NCBI GenBank assembly: GCA_047602885.1
Contig: JBLKOQ010000001.1
Span: forward strand, 10,016-74,015
Reading direction: 5' to 3'
DNA: 64,000 nucleotides
Source: Candidatus Woesearchaeota archaeon
GTDB taxonomy: Archaea > Nanobdellota > Nanobdellia > Woesearchaeales > WAPJ01
A program made the translations under genes and the position numbers. Shown piece after piece: positions 58,042-64,000 of this stretch (positions are counted from its first letter, which is position 1; each line of letters starts with the position of its first letter). The notes under the pieces are model-generated. The model had not been told where the DNA came from, ran no database searches, and was given only the letters and a program-made list of their open reading frames with translations.

Positions 58042-59009
58042 AATAGACCCTCAAATAAAGATACTTTTTTGTTAGAAACTAAGCCTAGTTTCCTGCATTC
58101 ATTCAGGCAATGATAAGCATAGTCAGTATGATGCTTTATGGGCTCTTTGTCTTGAATATCTTTAGAAACAATCCCTTTCTTAATCTCATATACATGCATA
58201 ACACTCCAACAAAAAGTCTCAAACATTTTCAATGGAATGAATGCCTCAACCCTTTTTTTTAGAGTGGTATCGCTCCTGTGCTTTAGGTATTCATCATAAA
58301 AGATTTCCTGATGATTCTTATACAATCTCTTTCCAAAACCAGTAAAAACATCAGCAATATCGTAGGCAGGATCAGATACTCCACAACTCTCAAAATCGAT
58401 AAACTTTAACTCATTATTAGTATCATAAATCATGTTTTGCTCACAAATATCACCATGCGTAATAGAAACTACATTATCCGGTCCACTTATTATTAGTCTT
58501 GGTAGGCATTCTAATAAGAACACACTGTCTTTTGCTCCACCATATTTCTTGGCAAGCCTAATATATCTTACTATGCTTTTTTTGACATCAGAATAAGTCA
58601 TCCTAAAAAAAGGGATATTCTTGCCTATAGGAATAGAATGCAGTGTAGCGGTTACTCTGGCAATATCCCTTATCATACTGCTTGATAATCTCATCCTTTT
58701 AAGGTCCTGTCCAGGAATGTATTCTATAATCAGATAGTCTTGTGGAATAATTCTCTTAGTAGTGTCCTTAGTGTAAGGAGTGGGGCTAATGTTATATGGC
58801 TGCAGGTATTTCAACACTCTGTATTCTTTACTGATCTTGTGTTTTTCTTTGAGATCAGCGTTTACCCTAACAATGTATTTATCATCTACCAAAAAGTTAG
58901 TATTGCTCTCACCTGAACCTAACTTCTTAATTATAGGTCTAGTCAAGTGCAAATGAGTCTTTACTGCCTTTCTGACATCAGACACCTTGATATTCATAGT
59001 ATAAACCAC
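58038..59009 (-). CDS. aminoglycoside/choline-kinase-like phosphotransferase (APH fold)
   Basis: Brenner motif HGDICEQNMIYD and DFE metal-binding motif. Confidence 0.6.
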   Translation of the reverse strand: MVYTMNIKVSDVRKAVKTHLHLTRPIIKKLGSGESNTNFLVDDKYIVRVNADLKEKHKISKEYRVLKYLQPYNISPTPYTKDTTKRIIPQDYLIIEYIPGQDLKRMRLSSSMIRDIARVTATLHSIPIGKNIPFFRMTYSDVKKSIVRYIRLAKKYGGAKDSVFLLECLPRLIISGPDNVVSITHGDICEQNMIYDTNNELKFIDFESCGVSDPAYDIADVFTGFGKRLYKNHQEIFYDEYLKHRSDTTLKKRVEAFIPLKMFETFCWSVMHVYEIKKGIVSKDIQDKEPIKHHTDYAYHCLNECRKLGLVSNKKVSLFEGLL

Positions 59010-59091
59010 TAACTTAAACGTGTTTATAAATAGTATGCATATTATTTTGTCAGTAACTAATAAACATTAGAAGAACTATCTATTACACGCA

Positions 59092-59220
59092 TTATAAAAG
59101 ATTTATGAATTCCTCTCTCGTAAGCCCTGCCTGTCTTATTATTGCTCTTAGAGTTCCTATTCCTATTAATTTATGATTCTCATAATCTTCATTAGTTTTT
59201 TCCCAGAAATAATAGGAAGT
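59092..59220 (-). pseudogene. HicA-family toxin remnant (C-terminal about 35 codons only), immediately 3' of hicB
   Basis: Reverse-strand translation ...EKTNEDYENHKLIGIGTLRAIIRQAGLTREEFINLL* matches the HicA C-terminal GTL..I.KQAGL motif; no start codon or N-terminal half. Confidence 0.35.
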
Positions 59221-59433
59221 TTAGGCATTAATCTCCACCACTTCCTCATCAATAGAAGGGGGTATAGGCTCATTATGCTTATCTAAGCTTGCGATATATC
59301 CTTTAATAGCATCCTTAATATTAGTGATAGCTTCACTTCTGCTCTTTCCTTGGGAAATGCAGCCAGGAAGTGCAGGACATTCTGCTATAAATGCTCCGCT
59401 CTCGTCAACCTCTATAACAATACGGTATTTCAT
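59221..59433 (-). CDS. hicB: HicB-family (UPF0150) antitoxin
   Basis: MKYRIVIEVDESGAFIAECPALPGCISQGKSRSEAITNIKDAI, the characteristic HicB N-terminal fold. Confidence 0.6.
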   Translation of the reverse strand: MKYRIVIEVDESGAFIAECPALPGCISQGKSRSEAITNIKDAIKGYIASLDKHNEPIPPSIDEEVVEINA

Positions 59434-59507
59434 AATTATCCCAACATAAAGATAATAACCATTGTATATAAATTAAATTTAATAAGAGCCGATCTTTTAA
59501 TAGAGTC

Positions 59508-59786
59508 CTAAGACACAACAATACTATTAGTATCATCATCATTTTCATTCCATTCGAACTCTAATTCAAGCTCATGCTTGCCCTTATCATTAACCTCATA
59601 CTTTATCTCTAATGATATACTGCCTTTGGGTGTTACACGCACATCATTATTATTATTGGTTACGAGATTAAAATATCCTTGTGACTTGAGCTTATTGCCT
59701 AACTCCAATAATAGATCGCCTACTTCTCCTACAGTCTTAATGTCATTGCCTTTATACAATATTTTGTCCATAATATCATCCCCCAT
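59508..59786 (-). CDS. small acidic protein resembling amphi-Trp domain proteins
   Basis: ...SISLEIKYEVNDKGKHELELEFEWNEND; recalled family pattern, not verified. Confidence 0.3.
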   Translation of the reverse strand: MGDDIMDKILYKGNDIKTVGEVGDLLLELGNKLKSQGYFNLVTNNNNDVRVTPKGSISLEIKYEVNDKGKHELELEFEWNENDDDTNSIVVS

Positions 59787-59841
59787 GAATGATAGGGATT
59801 AGAATTTCATTAATAAATGGTTATGAATCATTATTGTATTA

Positions 59842-60918
59842 TCATACCCATTCGCGCCTCCTAAAATAGTATAGCATTCCGATCATAATCATAGCCATAA
59901 TCCCGAGTATCATAAAATAGCCGTACTGCCATTCGAGTTCAGGCATATTAACAAAATTCATTCCGTAAACACCTGCAATAAAAGTTAAAGGGATAAAAAT
60001 GGTTGCTATAACAGTTAGCACTTTCATAACCTCTCCCATCCTATTACTTATAGTAGTAAGGTATATGTCATGAAGGCTTGATAATATGTCCCTATAAGAT
60101 TCTATAGCATCAATAACCTGTACGCAATGATCATAAGCATCCCTAATATAAACTCTGGTATCATCACTGATAATACTGCCTTCTAACTTAGACAACCTGC
60201 TAATAACCTCTCTTGCAGGCCATACACTCCTCCTAATCATAATAATCTCTCTTTTAAGAGAATGCATATCAGACAACGCTTTCTTAGTAGGATTGTCAGA
60301 TATCATTTCCTCCAATAATTCGAGCCTATCACCATAATCCTCTAATACCACGAAATATTCGTCTATAATAATGTCTATCATCCTATAAGCAAGATAGTCT
60401 GCCTTCCTCCTCCTAAGCCTACTGTCAGGCTTTTGCAGACCATTGCTAAGCACACTAAAAATATCATAGTCCTCTTCCTGAAATGACAATACGAATCCAT
60501 TGCCCATAATAATGCTTACCTGCATAGGATTATGATTATTGGATATGCCTCTCAATACAATATAAGAGTATCCTTCATACTCTTCTATTTTGGGCCTCTG
60601 AGAAGTATTCATAATATCCTCCAATACTAGAGGATGGATATTAAACAGGGATCCTATCCTCGATAATACATCCTTATCATGAACGCCTCTAACATCAAGC
60701 CAATACTGTTTCTTCTTGCGAGGTTTATACTCTAATTTTGTTATGTCATCAACATGCAAAGTATCAATATTCTTATCAGAATATTCTGTTACAATAATGC
60801 TGACAGGCTTATTAGTCTTAGTTCCGGTATGAACCAGTGAGCCTGGAGGCAGCCCTTTCTTAGAACCCGTAACAATCCTATACTTAGGCTTCCTGACAAT
60901 ACTCCTGATACTAACCAT
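59842..60918 (-). CDS. corA: CorA-family Mg2+/Co2+ transporter
   Basis: C-terminal two TM helices with YGMNF (GMN) signature; 358 aa. Confidence 0.85.
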   Translation of the reverse strand: MVSIRSIVRKPKYRIVTGSKKGLPPGSLVHTGTKTNKPVSIIVTEYSDKNIDTLHVDDITKLEYKPRKKKQYWLDVRGVHDKDVLSRIGSLFNIHPLVLEDIMNTSQRPKIEEYEGYSYIVLRGISNNHNPMQVSIIMGNGFVLSFQEEDYDIFSVLSNGLQKPDSRLRRRKADYLAYRMIDIIIDEYFVVLEDYGDRLELLEEMISDNPTKKALSDMHSLKREIIMIRRSVWPAREVISRLSKLEGSIISDDTRVYIRDAYDHCVQVIDAIESYRDILSSLHDIYLTTISNRMGEVMKVLTVIATIFIPLTFIAGVYGMNFVNMPELEWQYGYFMILGIMAMIMIGMLYYFRRREWV

Positions 60919-61041
60919 AAAATGGTAGTATTAACAGTAATTATAAACTATTACTCAAACTCTGCAAACCAAGGCTGGTTCTTATAAGAGTTCCTTACAA
61001 GTATAGAAAGACATATAAACATTGTTTTATTTTCAGAACAT

Positions 61042-61662
61042 ATGTTGCAAAAATCGAACAATATTGCGCTTGATATCATAGAATTATTGGTTGTAAAAGA
61101 CTTACACCTAAGAGCAATATCAAGAACACTATCATATAATCCAAGCACAGTACTAAGCAAACTGAATAGCCTGATGGAAGACAACATATTAGACTATAGG
61201 AGAGAAGGCAAAAACAAGATATTCTTCCTCAAAAAGAACCAATGGACAAAAAACTATCTTGTCCAAATGGAATGCCACAAAGCACTCAAATTTTTCCGAA
61301 AAAAACAGGAATTCAGCGTAATTTTTGAGGAAATACTAATGAAAACTGATGCGCAATTAGTATTATTGTTCGGAAGCTATGCGAAAGGCACAGAAAAAGG
61401 CAACAGTGACATAGACATATACGCAAATACCAAAAACATCCGAGATGTCAAGGAGATAAGAAGCATCCATGCCAGAATAAGGGCTACTATAGGAGAACTA
61501 CAAAAGGATACGGAACTATTCAATGAGATCATGAACAACCATATTGTCATAAGAGGAGCTGAAAAACTGTATGAGGAATACTGGTTTCCTGAAAAAACTG
61601 GCAAGAGAACACAAAATAAGCATCTTAGAACCCTCAAAAAACCTAACAAGAGCATACCTTAA
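61042..61662 (+). CDS. winged-HTH + minimal nucleotidyltransferase (MNT) protein, paralog 4
   Basis: LLFGSYAKGTEKGNSDIDIY NTase motif. Confidence 0.65.
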   Translation: MLQKSNNIALDIIELLVVKDLHLRAISRTLSYNPSTVLSKLNSLMEDNILDYRREGKNKIFFLKKNQWTKNYLVQMECHKALKFFRKKQEFSVIFEEILMKTDAQLVLLFGSYAKGTEKGNSDIDIYANTKNIRDVKEIRSIHARIRATIGELQKDTELFNEIMNNHIVIRGAEKLYEEYWFPEKTGKRTQNKHLRTLKKPNKSIP

Positions 61663-62074
61663 CAAGGCGCAAGACTGCTATGAGAGCGCAGCACTGCTAA
61701 GAACGAATCGTCACTATCAAAACTCAATAATAATGTCATACTATGCAATGTACAACAGCATAACCTCAATATTATATATGAACGGAATAAAATCGTCAAA
61801 CCATTCCGGCACCATAATGTTATTTGACCTATTATATGAGGAGAAAGAGATATGCGATATTATAATAGGAGCAAAAAAGAGCAGGGTAGAAAACCAGTAC
61901 AGTCCAAATAAACATAATGAGGAAGTAATGAGCGAGCTCTCAGAAGAATTAATAATGGCTTCGGGTATGATAATAAGACGGATAAAAACACTAATACAGG
62001 CAAACAAGCAGGATGATACAGAACAAAGAAGAAAAACCCTCTTAAAAGTCCTAAATGTGAGCAATGACAAATGA
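61571..62074 (+). CDS. HEPN-like helical protein, homolog of 28025..28525, partner of the MNT gene
   Basis: Shares YYAMY...SSNHSGTIML with the other HEPN-like ORF; overlaps the NTase gene (the start codon may be non-ATG). Confidence 0.4.
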   Translation: MRNTGFLKKLAREHKISILEPSKNLTRAYLNKAQDCYESAALLRTNRHYQNSIIMSYYAMYNSITSILYMNGIKSSNHSGTIMLFDLLYEEKEICDIIIGAKKSRVENQYSPNKHNEEVMSELSEELIMASGMIIRRIKTLIQANKQDDTEQRRKTLLKVLNVSNDK

Positions 62075-62100
62075 TGCCTCTGCCCATACTGCCTAAACCA

Positions 62101-62107
62101 ATATAAA
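62101..62107 (+). promoter_or_regulatory. TATA box (ATATAAA) about 26 nt upstream of the primase start
   Basis: Canonical spacing to ATG 62130. Confidence 0.3.
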
Positions 62108-62129
62108 CAAGACAATAATACACTGTAGC

Positions 62130-63734
62130 ATGCACCCAATATTACTAAAGAGCATAGCTGTAAAGCATTATTTTAGGAGTATAATCAGCGATGCGATTGC
62201 AGAAGAATGTATGAATAGAGAAGTAGCAGTAAAATATTCTTATGGGTTCGGCAAGAGGCCTGAAATGATAGAGACAGGCGCAGAAATAAGGCAATTGGCA
62301 CTCCAAGGATCTACAAGCTATCATATAAGCGAAGAACTATGGGAAAACCCGTTAGACATTAAGACTGGGATGACAGAAAAAGAATACAACAATATAAGGA
62401 TAGGATGGGACCTCATAATAGACATAGACGCTCCCGACTGGAGGTTCTGCAAGGTAGTATGCGCTACTATGATAAGAGTACTAAAAGACCTGGGAATAAA
62501 AACTATAAGAGTGAAGTTTTCGGGCAACAAAGGATTCCACATAGGAGTGCCATGGGAATCATTTCCTAAAGAAGCATCATACAACAATAATACTGCAGAA
62601 CTATCATCATTATTCCCTCAACTTCCTAGAGAGATAGCAAGAATCATGATAGCAGAAGCTGACAAAAACCATATAAGAATAGACGACCAAGGAAAAATAA
62701 TATTTTTGGAAGAACACTATTTTGAAAGAGAAGAAATAAAAGAGATACTCGGAATAGAAGACAACGAACTCCTAGTAAAAAAGTGCGAGTCATGCAACAA
62801 TATCTATGAAGAGGACAAGACTAGAGTATACGAGTGCCCGAACTGCATGGCAAGAAGAGTATCAGAAGAAGAATACCTAAAATGCACAAACTGCAATATA
62901 GACATGAACATAATAACAAAAGTTCCGAGATGCGAATGCGGCAACACCACTTTTTATACAGCACTAAATGTAGAGAGAATACTCCATTTAGACACGCTCC
63001 TAATAAGTCCCAGGCACTTATATAGAAGTCCGTACAGCATCCACGAGAAATCAGGACTATGCAGCATACCTATAGACAAGGATACAGTACTGGGATTTGA
63101 GAAGCATTATGCAAGACCAGAATACATAGCAAAAATAATACCTTTCATTAATAGTGAGATAAGAGAGGGTGCTAACAGCAAAGAAGGAGTAAGACTCATA
63201 AGAATGGCACTGGACAATATACAAGAGCCTCTAAAAGAAACATCCTACGAAGAAATAGATGTTCCTAAAGAAGCCCTAGGAGAAGAACATTATCCTCCGT
63301 GCATAAAGAATGCATTGCAGGGAATAAAAGACGGCAAGAAGAGAACAGTACTGATAATGTCAAGCTATCTTAGGAGCATAGGATGGGATAAGAGCAGCGC
63401 AGAAAAGATAATATACTCGTGGAACAATAAGAACGAAGAGCCTCTAAGAGAAGTGTACATTAAAGGACAATTAAGACATGCATTCCAAGGAAAACCTATG
63501 CTGCCGCCGAACTGCGACCACAAGGACTATATGAAAGACATAGGACTATGCACTCCCGACGAGTTCTGCATGACCATAAGAAATCCCGCCCAATACTCAA
63601 AGAAGAAGCACGAGATGAAAAAGACTATAAGAAAGGGAAGGAAAAAGAAGGATGCCAACAAAGAAAAAAAGAAAGAAAAGAAAGAGGAAAAGACTCATAA
63701 TAAAGAGGAAAACAATAATGAGAATAACACCTGA
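62130..63734 (+). CDS. archaeo-eukaryotic DNA primase with fused domains: PriS catalytic domain with Zn-ribbon insert plus C-terminal 4-Cys PriL-CTD-like domain
   Basis: AEP motif I LIIDIDAPD, motif II FSGNKGFHIGVPW, motif III DTLLISPRHLYRSPYSIHEKSG; CxxC...CxxC ... CxC zinc ribbon; C-terminal Cys in PPCIKNAL, PNCDHKDY, LCTPDEFC; K/E-rich tail. Confidence 0.65.
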   Translation: MHPILLKSIAVKHYFRSIISDAIAEECMNREVAVKYSYGFGKRPEMIETGAEIRQLALQGSTSYHISEELWENPLDIKTGMTEKEYNNIRIGWDLIIDIDAPDWRFCKVVCATMIRVLKDLGIKTIRVKFSGNKGFHIGVPWESFPKEASYNNNTAELSSLFPQLPREIARIMIAEADKNHIRIDDQGKIIFLEEHYFEREEIKEILGIEDNELLVKKCESCNNIYEEDKTRVYECPNCMARRVSEEEYLKCTNCNIDMNIITKVPRCECGNTTFYTALNVERILHLDTLLISPRHLYRSPYSIHEKSGLCSIPIDKDTVLGFEKHYARPEYIAKIIPFINSEIREGANSKEGVRLIRMALDNIQEPLKETSYEEIDVPKEALGEEHYPPCIKNALQGIKDGKKRTVLIMSSYLRSIGWDKSSAEKIIYSWNNKNEEPLREVYIKGQLRHAFQGKPMLPPNCDHKDYMKDIGLCTPDEFCMTIRNPAQYSKKKHEMKKTIRKGRKKKDANKEKKKEKKEEKTHNKEENNNENNT

Positions 63735-64000
63735 AGAATTATCACAATTCTTTCAAGATAAAGACCTGTTAGTGCTAATGGAATCCTTATTGGAAGGAGA
63801 GGATATTGGAAATGATAATGAGCAACACATAGTCGATGCTCTAAGAGATGGTGTCAGAGAATCTGTTAAGGAAGGAGAAAAGCCATTATTCACAACCAAA
63901 GAGACGTACAGGTATAGCACGAGAGAATCATACATTAAAGAACTAATAGGACTATTAAGAGAAAAAATAGAAGGAAGCATAATAACAGACGCTACATGTG
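63718..64000 (+). CDS. hypothetical protein, 3'-partial (runs off the window), translationally coupled to the primase gene
   Basis: ATG at 63718 inside the primase stop region (ATGA-type overlap); open frame to the window end with native codon usage. Confidence 0.35.
   Translation, partial: MRITPEELSQFFQDKDLLVLMESLLEGEDIGNDNEQHIVDALRDGVRESVKEGEKPLFTTKETYRYSTRESYIKELIGLLREKIEGSIITDATC

Noticed and set aside
60951-61187. 78-aa minus-strand ORF
   Set aside because: It overlaps the 5' region and start of the well-supported NTase gene at 61042, has no motif, and has atypical composition. Likely spurious.

Overview
This is an AT-rich archaeal chromosomal segment: ATA/AGA/AGG-dominated codon usage, TATA boxes about 26 nt upstream of starts, many 4-nt overlapping genes. 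I found no rRNA or tRNA genes and no CRISPR array. A single 534-aa fused PriS/PriL-CTD-like primase suggests (inference only) a nanoarchaeal/DPANN-type lineage. About 60 protein-coding genes can be supported.

Features, in order along the window:
- A partial VWA protein, a MoxR ATPase and a DUF58 protein (BatA/MoxR module), followed by a ThiF-like E1 enzyme.
- A tightly overlapping operon of CrtI/CrtD, CrtB, a UbiA prenyltransferase, a CruF-like membrane protein and TrpRS. This looks like a C50-carotenoid (bacterioruberin-type) pathway.
- Housekeeping genes: Bcp peroxiredoxin, a phosphoribosyltransferase, endonuclease IV, an FNR-like oxidoreductase, a P-type cation ATPase, CorA, HtpX, LemA, and many secreted or lipoprotein-like proteins.
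- Four paralogous wHTH-nucleotidyltransferase genes, two of them paired with homologous HEPN-like partners.
- A frameshifted AbrB-RelE pair and a HicB gene followed by a HicA remnant.

Most unusual features:
1. A 13.46-kb ORF (4486 aa) encodes a giant secreted multidomain protein. Its domains are a subtilase, three RCC1 beta-propeller blocks, an ALK-like glycine-rich domain, GLUG repeats, three tandem beta-helix modules and a C-terminal fn3-like domain. The coding DNA is a mosaic of at least three codon-usage regimes. Homologous internal modules appear in different regimes, and near-identical tandem DNA repeats are present. It is co-transcribed with a C-terminally anchored partner protein and a pair of small lysine-rich paralogs.
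2. A previously undescribed MITE-like family has four copies. Each has GGCTCTGT... terminal inverted repeats and 9-10 bp target-site duplications. Three copies share a GC-rich core whose central hairpin shows compensatory substitutions.
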